Source: Octopus bimaculoides (taxonomy: Eukaryota). Taken from it: 45,671 nucleotides of DNA. Shown here piece by piece: positions 25,252-38,547 of the stretch (positions within the stretch are counted from its first letter, which is position 1; each line of letters begins with the position of its first letter). A program made the position numbers and the translations under genes. Under the pieces are notes generated by a model that saw only the letters and a program-made list of their open reading frames with translations, was not told the origin of the DNA and made no database searches. Where the stretch lies: contig NC_068987.1 in the NCBI RefSeq assembly GCF_001194135.2, forward strand, positions 634,831-680,501, read 5' to 3'.

Positions 25252-25394
25252 TATACATTCGAGCGGGCATTCATACACACCATCACGCACGCATATATGT
25301 ATATTTAAAATTTAATTGTCAATAAGTTTGAGCATATTATATCTAGCTATACACACACACAATCACTCAAACACGCATAAATGCTTATATATAC

Positions 25395-25439
<45 letters not shown>

Positions 25440-26656
25440 ATTATGAAAGATGATATAAGCGCACACACTGATGCATACATATTGATACACATGTACACAC
25501 ACATGCATGTACATGCATATGTGGTCTCATCAGTATCATATTATATATACTAAGGTAGAAGCATTGACGTATATGTATGTATGCATGTTTTATGCGTGTT
25601 TCTGTCGCTTTATGTGTTATATTTACATAAGACACACATACACATGCATATGAGCGCTATGAATGAAAATAGATGAATTTACTTTCAAAGACATAATATG
25701 TGCATCAACGCTCATGTAAAAACCAATAACGACTTGCAAACTCCGTGGATAATATTACCTGGGCCTGTTAATGCACATTAAAACACTGTTCCTTCAACAA
25801 TCATATTGAAACTTAAGTAACAAGAAAGTATTGTATATTGAGTACTCAGATGAGGTTGATTGTATCTCACTCAATAAGGATATTCGTCATTTCATCTAAA
25901 GTTACACACATTAAAATTTATAAAATAACAGTAACATCGGTGCTATCTGACATGCTGGTATTGTGAATTTATTGTTGTCTAAGAATTTTTCTAAAATAAA
26001 TTATTGCCTCAAGAAATTGCGAACAACAAATAAGAAATACTTGCGTAAGGCAAAAAAAGGGGTCAAATCAAGGGAGTCAGTTTTCTTTGCCCCAATTAAA
26101 TATTCATCTCCATGACAAGTTGCAGCGAAAAGCCTTTTACGGGTTCAAATACCTCTGAAACTTATTGGAACTGGCCTTAAGTTAGTTTACTTTTAGTCAT
26201 TACAGAGCGCATCTATTCACGAATTCGTTGCGACATGGCGGCCAAAATCCTATGATTGATTTCATATGAAAATGAACTTCACTTTCCAGTCAAGTAAGAA
26301 TTGCCTTTCTTTTGGTGGCTTATGCTGATGGGAACTAACGGCTCGAAATGCATGCATCTATCAACCAAAAAGTGTGCACTTTGAGTTGACTATGGCGTTT
26401 TAATATTTTATCGTGATTAATCAGAAATTTTCTTCATGACAAAACTGGTGTTAAAATTTTTACGGCTTCAAATATCTATCAAATACCTTTCAACTGGTAG
26501 CGAGTTTGTTTTCCTCTCAGTCACTGTTTTGCGCTTCTATTCACGAATACATACATACATACATACATACATACATACATACATAAATACAGACACACAC
26601 GAACATACAAATATATATATTGAAATTATGCAATAGAACCAACTCAAGATTAAATA

Positions 26657-26734
26657 TAGGCACAGATGTGGTTGTACGGTAAAAAAGTTTGCCTCCCAAC
26701 CACATGCCTCCAGGTTCAGTCCCACTTTGGGCAA

Positions 26735-26772
<38 letters not shown>

Positions 26773-26842
26773 NNNNNNNNNNNNNNNNNNNNNNNNNNNN
26801 NNNNNNNNNNNNNNNNNNNNNNNNNNNNNNNNNNNNNNNNNN

Positions 26843-26909
<67 letters not shown>

Positions 26910-27095
26910 CTGTGTCCCAATACTGCTTGACAACCCGGGGTAGTGTGTTTACGTCCACGTAGAATAGTGGTTCGGCAAAGGAATCGATAAAGTAAGTATC
27001 AGGCTTAAGAAAATGGAATTATTAGGGGTCAACTCGTTCGACTAAAATTCTTCAATGTGCTGCCCCAGCATGCCTGCAGTCTCACGACTGAAAGA
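26657..27095 (+). mobile_element. Near full-length octopus tRNA-derived SINE with internal (AT)n/(GT)n
   Basis: Head GGCACAGATGTGGTTGTACGGTAAAAAAGTTTGCCTCCCAACCACATG...GGTTCAGTCCCAC; internal microsatellite plus N gap; body GCTTGACAACC...GGTTCGGCAAAG...CCCCAGCATG...GCAGTC. Confidence 0.85.
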
Positions 27096-27289
27096 ATAAA
27101 AAAATATAAAAGGTAAACACCATACTTAATACACTAATATCGTTTAAAAGCCGGAGGGTGTACAATGCTTCCCAGAACAAAGTCCTTTTATTAACTTTAC
27201 AATATACTACACAATTAGACGAAATCAAGTGGCCCCTGACAAACCATTCTCGTGGTCACTTTCTGAGTTAGTGTATCAGTCTGATCATA

Positions 27290-27353
<64 letters not shown>

Positions 27354-27699
27354 AAGTTAGTTAGTTAGATGTAGAAACTAATGTTTAGATATATATATAC
27401 TAAATATTCCTGCGGAGAAAGACTACATATTTCATAAACTACATATTTCATAATGCACAGAGCAGTTGAAGCGACCGAGAGAAATATCTAATATTATTTC
27501 TATCATAAAATCTATGTCATTTTCTATTACATTTGTATATAATATCAACACTTAAGTAGATTATATTGTAGTGTATGTTGTAATGATAAGTATTACACGG
27601 CACATGATAAGGCCAACATATATGGACGTAGACAGTGGAATCTTTGCTATTACAAGCGACAGAACAGATATTTTTGGCGGGTGAAGAGGAGGTGTAGAC

Positions 27700-27778
27700 G
27701 GGATTTTATCGATTCTAACTCCAAAGGATGAAAGGCAGAGCTGTCTCTGGCAGAATTCGAACTCAGATATCCAGTGAG
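27700..27778 (-). mobile_element. SINE core fragment
   Basis: ATTTTATCGA...AAAGGATGAAAGGCAGAG...GGCAGAATTCGAACTCAG; similar to the 23.1 kb and 38.6 kb copies. Confidence 0.65.
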
Positions 27779-28887
27779 GTACGTGAATAACACTGGATGT
27801 TTTATCTTCCACTCTATCGATTCTAAAATTAGGTTATGAGGTATGAGAAGTGATGTGCGGTCGCTGGTCTTGTCTCGGCCGCTTGCCACGACGACGGCGC
27901 CGCCTGTTGATCATTCTTAACTCGTGGCAAATTTTTCAACTCCTCAAGTCCCACCCAACACCATTTTTCACTCTTCGAATCACTCATTCTACACCACAGC
28001 ACATTCGGCAACGAAAACTTGACTTTCTTATTGCGCTCATAGTTTGCTCTCATTGCATCAACAACCATTTAAATAACTTCTCACTTACCTCAGAGACATA
28101 AGTACAGTTATCCTCAAATACAGACGATGCAGCTAACGCACCCACATATATACACACTAGTACTTACTAACACACTCACGCGCAGACCCACACACTAACC
28201 TATTGCGCCTGTCCATCATTTGTACTCAACATTCAAATACATTGTTTTCTACTCAAACGCCACAACTATTTACCCATCTACCCGTTTCCTTCCACTGTCT
28301 CCACCATCACTCGTACATAGCTACGCGCCAACTCTCTTCTTCTCTCTATCATCTCTATCTTCCTTCTCTTCCATTCCTCAAACCACCCTACTTTCTTTCA
28401 TTTCCCCGCAACAACTAAACACGTGTTTCATAAATGCTACAATTGCCATGTTTAGTCATAGACGAGATTATGATATCAGTTGATCTTACTGTTATTAATC
28501 TTCGGAGACAGTTTCCGGATAACATTTCATAAATAACAACCTATCTAGCCTTGACTAACGATGGATGTCAGAGTGAGCGCGTGACGAAGAGATAATGATA
28601 GAAAGATAGATGATTGAGAAGGGAAGAGGTGGTAGGAGAGACAGAAATGGCGTAGGAAACGAAAAATTCGAATGTTTAAAATCTCCCTTCCTAAAACTGA
28701 TTTTCGCTTCGCTTCCAAATATCTTAATTCCAAATTTTTGTATCGTAAGCATTGTTGTATCTGCTGGATGTTTCACAGGTTTCCTGACAAAAATTTATTA
28801 CCACGATTATCACATACATACATACATACATATATACATACATACATACATACATGCATACATATATTAATGTGTTTCTGTGCGTAT

Positions 28888-28918
<31 letters not shown>

Positions 28919-29100
28919 NNNNNNNNNNNNNNNNNNNNNNNNNNNNNNNNNNNNNNNNNNNNNNNNNNNNNNNNNNNNNNNNNNNNNNNNNNNNNNNNNN
29001 NNNNNNNNNNNNNNNNNNNNNNNNNNNNNNNNNNNNNNNNNNNNNNNNNNNNNNNNNNNNNNNNNNNNNNNNNNNNNNNNNNNNNNNNNNNNNNNNNNNN

Positions 29101-29131
<31 letters not shown>

Positions 29132-30994
29132 ATTTATATGAGTATGTGTATATGTTGTTCATGTGTGTGTATGTGAGCGCTTTGGATGGATGGGGGTGCG
29201 TGTCTGTGTACCGCTTAAAGACTAAAATATTAGAACTTATGTCCACTCATATATAGGTGCCGCAGAGCACAATTGATATGAAGTTGGTTTTGATTATTTC
29301 CAATAATTTCAACATCATCGCTAAAATCGTAAGAAAGAGAAGTACGGTGATTAACAAATATTAGCTGTTAATTAACATTTTTATGTGAGCAAGAAAGGGA
29401 GACAATTCTGAACGTTTCTGCAGTGATAATCAAGCATAAACAATTATTCTTGAAATGAATGGTCAAAGATTCTTAATATTTTAATTTCCCATTTCTCACA
29501 TTTCCTGGTTCCGCTGATGACAGCTAAAAATATTTCAGTGCTCTGAGTTATCTCCCTTCTTTGTATGGACGCAGTTTAATATTGTTAATGTAACTCATAC
29601 TGATGGGGTGGGGGTTATTTGGGACGAAACATTGGTTTATATTTGATTATGTAAGAGACTAGGAACTTTAGAGGACGGCGTACGATTCGTGTGCCAGGAA
29701 GGGTATAAGCGGTACAAGTAAAGGAAGATAGCTTTAAAGAGACAATCCCTCCTCCACACTTAAAACAGAAACAAACAGAAAAGAAAATGACAAAGAAAAA
29801 GGAAATTAACTGTTGATCTCTGTAGCTCTGAAACTAGCTTTAACCAAGCTGGAATGTGATAAACGTATTTATTATGATCGATGGTGTGAACTACGACGAA
29901 TATCAAGTGAAAACGTTGGCATTAAAATTGCATGTAACATTTCATGAATGAACTAAAATAACAAGGAATGTTGTGTAATAAAATAAAGTAGGAAAACCCC
30001 GAAAAACATAATGTTAAATATTAGTGGAAATTAATCATAAAAAGAGTTATAATCATTGCTGGGATATGTGTAGCAGAAAAACTGGTAAATGCAGATGGGT
30101 AAGAACAGCATTATAAAAATGACTTGAAACTCAAAAACGGAAAAGAATCAGAATAAATATTGAAAAAAAAAAGAAAGCAAACAAACGAAAAACTGAATGG
30201 AAAAAGTCACAACAAATGAAAGCGAAATCGTGAAAGATAAGAATGTTAGGAAGAAAAAAGAAAAACAGCAACTAATATTTCTGCAAAATAAGATATTTCT
30301 TGAAAATGAAAAGGGATTTTACAGATAATTAAGTTGGAAATAAAACGGAAATGAAGGAGAAATGCATGAAAAGATATTTTACTTTCGTGGGTTTCTTTGT
30401 ATTTGTTTATTCGTTTTGGTGACGAGAAGAAATGTGAGAAAATAAATGGTCTGAATATTTGTTTTTATGGGTTAATCACAAGATGAAGGATAATGACCGT
30501 GACCGGTATAAGTCCTTCCCCTCCCCCCACGTACACCGGTGAAAATGATGATGTCATTCATAATTTGTTTAAATATCTGGATTTTCTCATTTCTGTTGGA
30601 AGGAAAAATGAGGGTGTGGGAATAAATACCAGAAGAATATTGTGGAAAGAAATGCGAAGGAAGTGTTTTGTATGAGATTGGAAGATAAAACAGGGTCAGA
30701 GCTGTCGGAAAAGGGGGAGACAAAAGAGTGACCCGAGGTGGGAAGGAGAGGGTCATTCAACTAATTTAGAACAAAATATGTTGTAAATAGAAATAAGAAA
30801 CTGCGTTCCATGGGTGACGTTGACGAAAGAATATTTACCAACGTTCTGGGTGTGATCTAGCATGGTTTGGACTTTAACAAAAAAAAAAGAAAAGAAAAGA
30901 CATATCGTCTTAGAAAGGTGATGGGAATTCAAAAAGTGTGGTTACTAAAACTTCACAGAGTCAGGATCTAATCGGGTTTAAGTATTTTTCTCAC

Positions 30995-31022
30995 CGTGAA
31001 GAGGAAACAGCCGGAGGTTGTT
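30995..31022 (-). other. Candidate 28-nt exon (or the 3' end of a longer exon)
   Basis: cgtcaattacag|AACAACCTCCGGCTGTTTCCTCTTCACG|GTGAGA. Confidence 0.3.
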
Positions 31023-32148
31023 CTGTAATTGACGATAGTGGTTTTCCAATCAGTAAGATGGCCTTCATTTCGATAGCGGCGTGTGTAACATCATCAACAT
31101 CATCATCATCATCATCATTAGTAGTAGTAATAGTAATAGTAGTTGTAATAGTAATAGTAGTAGCAGCAGTAGTAGCTGTATTCTTGTATGGCGAATGCTT
31201 TCATCAATTAACGGCTATGTTACATTCATTTACGTCAGTCTTCATTCATTAGTCAGCATGTTAATTGAAGATTGTTTATCTGATATGAACTAGTGCGCAT
31301 GTGCCCCCTCAACCCTTCGCTTGATGTGTCTTTTATATCTCTTGTGAAATCCCCTAGAATTAACCCAGCTTTCCAGGCGCATTAATTATGTTAATGAGAT
31401 AAATTGTTATCAAGTGGAAATTGAAACCGCATCGTAATCTTTGCTCTCTGAAGTTTACCGCTTACTCTACAATCACTGCATAATTATCTTCATTAAATAT
31501 CGGTTTCAAAATTTAGCAAATTCGTGGCATGGGGAAAATCGATTACATCGATCCCTTCATGCACCAGTGTACTTTTTTGATCGGCTGCCAAAGGATATAT
31601 ATGCATGTATACATGTGTATGTGCATGGTTGTATTGATGTATATATTAATATATTACCTGCAAACATACACACAGAGGAGGGGCGTACTGGAAAACGTTC
31701 TTGTATATATATATATATATATNNNNNNNNNNNNNNNNNNNNNNNNNNNNNNNNNNNNNNNNNNNNNNNNNNNNNNNNNNNNNNNNNNNNNNNNNNNNNN
31801 NNNNNNNNNNNNNNNNNNNNNNNNNNNNNNNNNNNNNNNNNNNNNNNNNNNNNNNNNNNNNNNNNNNNNNNNNNNNNNNNNNNNNNNNNNNNNNNNNNNN
31901 NNNNNNNNNNNNNNNNNNNNNNNNNNNNNNNNNNNNNNNNNNNNNNNNNNNNNNNNNNNNNNNNNNNNNNNNNNNNNNNNNNNNNNNNNNNNNNNNNNNN
32001 NNNNNNNNNNNNNNNNNNNNNNNNNNNNNNNNNNNNNNNNNNNNNNNNNNNNNNNNNNNNNNNNNNNNNNNNNNNNNNNNNNNNNNNNNTATATGTTGTT
32101 GTACTTGGGGATGGTCATATTGCCAGTTTAGCCAATAAAATCTTGCAA

Positions 32149-32187
<39 letters not shown>

Positions 32188-32654
32188 TTAGGCGAGCGAG
32201 TATATTCCTAGATAAACAATAACACGAAACAGCTGCGACGCTTTTCTTCAAAGATCTGTCTCCTGAACCAAAACTGAGCGGGTGGTGAAGATAATTCTTC
32301 CCCTCCCTCCTCCTCTTCCTCATTATCATCAGCGTAAGCAACAGTAACAATGACAAAAACAATAATAGGTATATATACAGACATGTATATGCATACACAC
32401 ACACACACACATGTATATCATATACGTGTACCTACATTCGCACAACATGCACACATACCATTTCCAGTTTAACGTAGATATCTTGTAAAGGCACCGAACA
32501 CTGCGTTATTAATCTTTAGAGAACGTATTGTGCGTGTGTCGAGGTGGTGGAGATTTTGTGTGCATATCTGTGGATGATGTGAAACGTAGGTTAAAGAATA
32601 ACAAAAGAAAAAATGTCATTCTTTAACAATTTGTTTTCAGAGAAAGAAACTTAC

Positions 32655-32699
32655 CAACGACGTCACCTCAAAGACTTCGTTTTATTTTGTCCGACATTT
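32655..32699 (-). other. Candidate 45-nt non-coding exon
   Basis: tttttggtttgtag| ... CGTTG|GTAAGT; all three frames contain a stop. Confidence 0.35.
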
Positions 32700-33137
32700 C
32701 TACAAACCAAAAATTGGCCATAGTTAATATTATTAACGCATAATTAATATTAATGCAGTGTTTAATAAATGGCGTACAACACCGACTACCTGTCAGGTGA
32801 GCGGATAAACGGATATCTCAGGTAACACACACAGACGACAGGTTTTGTAAGGGGAAACAAATGGAAGTTCTGTAGAAATAGCAAATCTCATTTATTCATA
32901 TTTTCCAAGTAGACAACTGAACATAAAAGTATTGAAACGAGTTGTCGTACAAACAAAAGAATTCAGAACCATTTATATAAATGGGGAAAAAATGGAGACA
33001 TATTTATTTTAGTTTGTTGGACACAAAACATAAAAAACAAAACACAAAAAACAAAAGAGACTGAATAATAGGCTTAACCCGTCATCCGGTTTAACACTCC
33101 CACCAAGAACTATGTATATATATATATATATATATAT

Positions 33138-33905
33138 NNNNNNNNNNNNNNNNNNNNNNNNNNNNNNNNNNNNNNNNNNNNNNNNNNNNNNNNNNNNNNN
33201 NNNNNNNNNNNNNNNNNNNNNNNNNNNNNNNNNNNNNNNNNNNNNNNNNNNNNNNNNNNNNNNNNNNNNNNNNNNNNNNNNNNNNNNNNNNNNNNNNNNN
33301 NNNNNNNNNNNNNNNNNNNNNNNNNNNNNNNNNNNNNNNNNNNNNNNNNNNNNNNNNNNNNNNNNNNNNNNNNNNNNNNNNNNNNNNNNNNNNNNNNNNN
33401 NNNNNNNNNNNNNNNNNNNNNNNNNNNNNNNNNNNNNNNNNNNNNNNNNNNNNNNNNNNNNNNNNNNNNNNNNNNNNNNNNNNNNNNNNNNNNNNNNNNN
33501 NNNNNNNNNNNNNNNNNNNNNNNNNNNNNNNNNNNNNNNNNNNNNNNNNNNNNNNNNNNNNNNNNNNNNNNNNNNNNNNNNNNNNNNNNNNNNNNNNNNN
33601 NNNNNNNNNNNNNNNNNNNNNNNNNNNNNNNNNNNNNNNNNNNNNNNNNNNNNNNNNNNNNNNNNNNNNNNNNNNNNNNNNNNNNNNNNNNNNNNNNNNN
33701 NNNNNNNNNNNNNNNNNNNNNNNNNNNNNNNNNNNNNNNNNNNNNNNNNNNNNNNNNNNNNNNNNNNNNNNNNNNNNNNNNNNNNNNNNNNNNNNNNNNN
33801 NNNNNNNNNNNNNNNNNNNNNNNNNNNNNNNNNNNNNNNNNNNNNNNNNNNNNNNNNNNNNNNNNNNNNNNNNNNNNNNNNNNNNNNNNNNNNNNNNNNN
33901 NNNNN
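33138..33905. other. Largest assembly gap (N run)
   Basis: 768 Ns between (AT)n and (CA)n. Other gaps: 1147-1391, 2899-2957, 5078-5251, 9954-9963, 10171-10245, 13885-13925, 19782-19791, 26773-26842, 28919-29100, 31723-32089, 35183-35280. Confidence 0.99.
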
Positions 33906-33960
<55 letters not shown>

Positions 33961-34149
33961 TAAATGAAAGACGGAAAATGGAATATACGATAATTAAACA
34001 TGGCAATTGTTTCGATACATCTAGCATCGATCCCTCACGGGTGGGACACTCAACATGGATGGTACAGGAGCATCCAGCGGTACACGTGTTTCATTGGGTG
34101 ATAAATAGACACAACTCGTTAAAATAACAGTTCCGCAAAGTATCTTCCA

Positions 34150-34218
<69 letters not shown>

Positions 34219-34228
34219 TGTGTGTGTG

Positions 34229-34513
34229 TAATCAAAAGACATACTAAGTATGTCTGTCTGTTGGAAATAACAGACAAAACTCTTATTTAAATCGCCTAAA
34301 AACACTGATAATAACCACAGAAATCAACCGTTCGAAGGCAAACGGGCTAAGACAATCTCTCAACATGCTTTCAAGTATTTGGGAGATTGTCTGAGTCCGT
34401 TTACCTTCGAACGGTTGATTTCTGTGATTATTATCAGTGTATTTAGGCGATTTAAATAAGAGTTTTGTCTGTTATTTCCAGCAGACAGACATACTTAGTG
34501 TGTCCTTTGATTA
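34229..34513. mobile_element. Foldback / MITE-like element, 135-bp inverted arms with a 15-nt spacer
   Basis: Arm 34229-34363 against the reverse complement of 34379-34513 shows 9 mismatches in 135 nt by manual alignment. TA at both outer ends may be a TA target-site duplication. Confidence 0.85.
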
Positions 34514-37399
34514 ATTTTAATCCTTGAGCTATTTAACGCTTTTTTAAGGGGCGGGGGCTGCAATTGCCTATATTATTGATTCTGTTTTTATCATTTTTAA
34601 ATTGTTACACTAGATAATAACAGAATCAATAATATCTTCGCAAATTATTTTTTCGTGAATTATTTGCTGTGTGTGTGTATATATCTATATCTATATATAT
34701 ATATATCAATGGTGTGCAGTGACTTCTGAGGCTGATCATGCACATGGCAGAGACTTCTGAGTTTGGCGCACATGGCGGAGATGTAAGCCACCTTTACCTT
34801 TTTTTAAAATGTATTTTTTTACGGAAACCCACTTTTTCGCCTATGGCGATTCCGATTCTGAAAAAACAATTGGCTAAAACCGTAAGTTCAAAATTTCAAT
34901 TGCTTCCAAACCCCTCCCGCCCCTTTCCTTTATTTTTAAAAAACTTTTTTCAGAATTTTTTTTTCGGAAATACGTAGAAAAAAAACGGAAATTATGATCC
35001 TGAAAAATATTGTTTGTAAAATTTCAAATTTCAAATTTCAAAAAAAAAAAAAAAAATTAACCCCAGCCCCTTCCCTTCACAATTCTACAGCATTCAAGCA
35101 GGCTATTCACGTGCTAGAAATAACAGCCAAATCTCATACGAGCGAAAAAAACTGCGATAAAATGATGAAAGACATATGTAATNNNNNNNNNNNNNNNNNN
35201 NNNNNNNNNNNNNNNNNNNNNNNNNNNNNNNNNNNNNNNNNNNNNNNNNNNNNNNNNNNNNNNNNNNNNNNNNNNNNNNNTTTGGCTGTTATTTCTGCTC
35301 TCATTATTTTTTGTAACTTTCAAGTTTCATTTTGTAGAGAAAAACAGTTTCAGCTGTAAAAAACAAAAAAAAAAGCCAAAACAAAAAACAACGACAAAAA
35401 AGACAATGAACACTTTAATTTCATTTTTTCACAGAATACTTCATTTTACTGCGATCGTGAATTTTAAATCAGTTTCAATAAAACGGAAAGATAATTTTAG
35501 TAAATCAACGAAAGATTAATTAGCTATATTATATTTCTGATTTGAGAATTTCTTTGCTCAATACAGTGAAGATGGTTAATGATAACTTACGACAGACCGA
35601 AATAGATATTCCAAAGTCACGGCAACACCACTTGAGCTGACTCATTAAGAATTATGGGACTGTTGATATGATTGGGTCAGAATTTTTACAGGTCAAAAAG
35701 TCAAAGCAATTCAACCATTTAGCCTGGCCGCATTAGCGACATCAGTTACAAAGAACTGATGGGAAGGGAGGGGAATCCAAAACATGCGTTGTTGTGAGAG
35801 TGCCTTCCGTAGATATTTTATCGAGATAAAAAAAAAAAAAACAGAATCTTACAGGCAATGAAATAATAGTTATTGAAAGATAGGGGTGGTGGTGGAGATT
35901 TCATATGCGGTGGCGGTTGTCAAACTGATCTGTAAGACAACCGGCACCGACGAATGCGAGAAAGTTCTCCAGAAAGGTTAACAAGGAATCATTAAAAAAT
36001 TTTCCCACTGAAGTTAACAAAGAACTTAGTAGATCGACAAGCCAAACTGTAAAATTATATCATTAGTAAATTAAATTGATTAGAACGACCAGTGAACTCA
36101 GTCTTTTCCGTTTTCAAATATACCTCCCACTATATAATATGTGTGTGAGTGTGTGAATATATCACATATATGAATGTGTATATATGTACATATATGAATG
36201 TATATATATGTACAAACATACACATATATATACATATATATATACACGCGCACACACACACATACGCACAGACACATGCTCACACAAACAGATGTATGTA
36301 AAATCATGAGTTATGAGAGATGAATGCGGATTTATTATTTTCATGTGCTTCTTTCCATGATTCTATTTGTTTAATTTTGTATGTTAAAGAGTTAACTTGA
36401 TATCGCATACTTAGCTTGTTAACAAGAATATTTTGACAGCTTATCTCCCTTGTTTATAAATCTTTAGTCATTAAAATTAGAAATTACCCGTCACATCTTT
36501 ACTTTCTATTTACTGTAAGGTGAAACATATAAAGCAATGTATTTTCTTTTCATTCTTTGGATAAAGGATGATAGATTTCCTCATATTACAAACACCTGTT
36601 CTTCTTCATTATCTTACATTTTACCAAGACATTTTTTTCTATGATCTCTTTTTAATGTTCTTTTCCTCTGACTTTCATCTTCCTTCATGTCGCCCCTCTC
36701 TGATCTATCTAGTTTCACTTTCTCTTTCTTTCCCTCTCCATTTATCTCTCTTATTCCGATATACATTTCTCTAAAATCAGACAGTAAGAACTATAAATCT
36801 CTCGGTTTCCCAATATTTACCCACCTACTGACTTAGTTGTGTTTATTTACAACTTTATCTCCCACAATAGTCTTAAATAGTCACGAACAATAACTAACTC
36901 GCATGGTGTCTGTTTGTGAAACTTAAATGTCACAAAATTCACTTTTTTGAAACGCAATGATTACATTCGCATTGCAATATCTTTTTTTCTTTTTTCTGTT
37001 TTTCTTTCTTTCCCTGATGTTCAACATTAGTTCTACATTCTGTCTCCTGTTCCCTTCTCCTGTTCCCTTCAGCGAATAACAGTTATTTCCATCACTTTCT
37101 CCAAAAAAGAAAATTTATTTATTTATTCATGTATATTTTTTTCTGTTTTCATGTTCCTAACCAGCGTACAATGTCTACGTTGACCAACAGAATTTAAGTC
37201 CTTATTTGAACTCTAACTGTTAAAATATCTTCTTATAAGTCATATCAAGAAGCTATCATCGCATCGCATCCCTGAAATTATGAGCAAAATACAATTAGAG
37301 CCAACGCAATCGCTCCGAGTGCTGGGTATCAGTCATCTCACCGGGTAGAAACACACCCTTAACATTGCTAGGATTAAATCACAACGACTGGTCTTTCAC

Positions 37400-37930
37400 T
37401 GAAAGGACAGAAGATGCTTAATCTCCTGCATTTATTATTCTGCAAAGTGTCGGAGGTAGGTGAGCATTGTTCTGTATATTTGGAATGGTGCTGCTGCGGC
37501 ACCCTTCCACACCCTGAAGTGTGGTTTGCTGTATCCAGAAAAAATCCACCCGACTCACCAACATAAACTCACTCAGAGACGTGTCTTCGATTTCCGCATC
37601 ACACATGTGCTGTCAACTCTCCCTCCCCCCTCTCTCTCTGCCTTTTCCGTCGCTATTATAACCGTATCTGCTGTCTGCAATGTCTGGCTAGGTACATCTA
37701 TTCATTCAGACATCCCATATCTACAACTCCTCCTAACGTCCCCTTTTGTTGTATCTCACTCCATGAACCCTACTGGTTGTAGTTTCTTCTCGCAGTCCTT
37801 CTTCCCTGGCCGTCCATTCCACTGTGACCCCTTCCAGTTCATGTCTTCCCTGAGAGTGTTGAATGACAAAGTTTCAAAAGCAACTTCAATAGCATTAATC
37901 TCAATAGATCCGGAGAAACATTCAAAGGTT
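37400..37930 (-). mobile_element. Decayed non-LTR retrotransposon (RTE/CR1-like RT) remnant
   Basis: QTLQTADTVIIATE resembles the RT motif L.YADD.VL.A.S, followed by MRKSKTR, which resembles IN..KTK. Many stops and frameshifts. Confidence 0.4.
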
Positions 37931-38547
37931 TGAGTACATGCGGTTCCTGTAGATCCTGATCGCTTGTATGTGTGTGTGTGTGTATGTATGTATGTATTAA
38001 TGTATATATCCTCACGCACCCCACACTCACACACACGTTCGTACCTGCGAAGAGAGATATTGAGAGAGACAATTTGATGAAACTAAAGATAGCAGAAATG
38101 AGAGTGTTTGTGTTTATGTAAAACAGAAAGATGGTGAGAAAAGAAGGCATTTAGCCTTATTCATTTGATTGAAGTGTGTGGTGAAGGGAGGTTGGTGGCC
38201 GTCCGGTGGGGTTCGGGAGATTCCTTTGGGTCCAGGGAACGCTTTTATCAAACAATGAAACAACAACAATAAATTCATAATTAAATTCATTTTGAACTCG
38301 ACAATGGCAACCAAAGAGGAAGCTTTTACCAGGTTTCTCAGCGTGCTAAAAGTAGCAGTTGAATATTCCTCAAAACACACTTTCATATTGTTTTAAGAAA
38401 AGAAAGGGTTTATTACGCAATACACACTTGTATATCTCCAAACCGACAGGATAGTCACGGCTGGCATGTCCTTGTCATTGTTCTGTTTCATTTCTTCTGA
38501 ATAATGGTTAAGCAACAACAATAACAGTGTCGTTAATATTAGTCTCA

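Noticed and set aside
26324-26360. CTGATGG...CTCGAAA, hammerhead-like
   Set aside because: The core is mutated and neither stem I nor stem II pairs convincingly.
26657-26730. tRNA-like sequences here and near 6120-6173 and 40506
   Set aside because: They are SINE heads with degenerate A/B boxes and no complete cloverleaf.
28155-28170. 12-nt match to miR-252 (TAAGTACTAGTG, minus strand) and other seed-only matches (miR-124 near 2755, miR-92 near 16870)
   Set aside because: The matches stop after the seed region and I saw no precursor hairpin.
32208-32408. Acidic ORF (DDNEEEEEGGEELSSPP...)
   Set aside because: It comes from a (CCT)/(CAT) simple repeat and has no acceptor site.
35115-35296. 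Perfect 16-bp inverted repeat around an N gap
   Set aside because: One arm starts exactly at the gap edge, so a scaffolding artefact or two independent copies of the common motif cannot be excluded.
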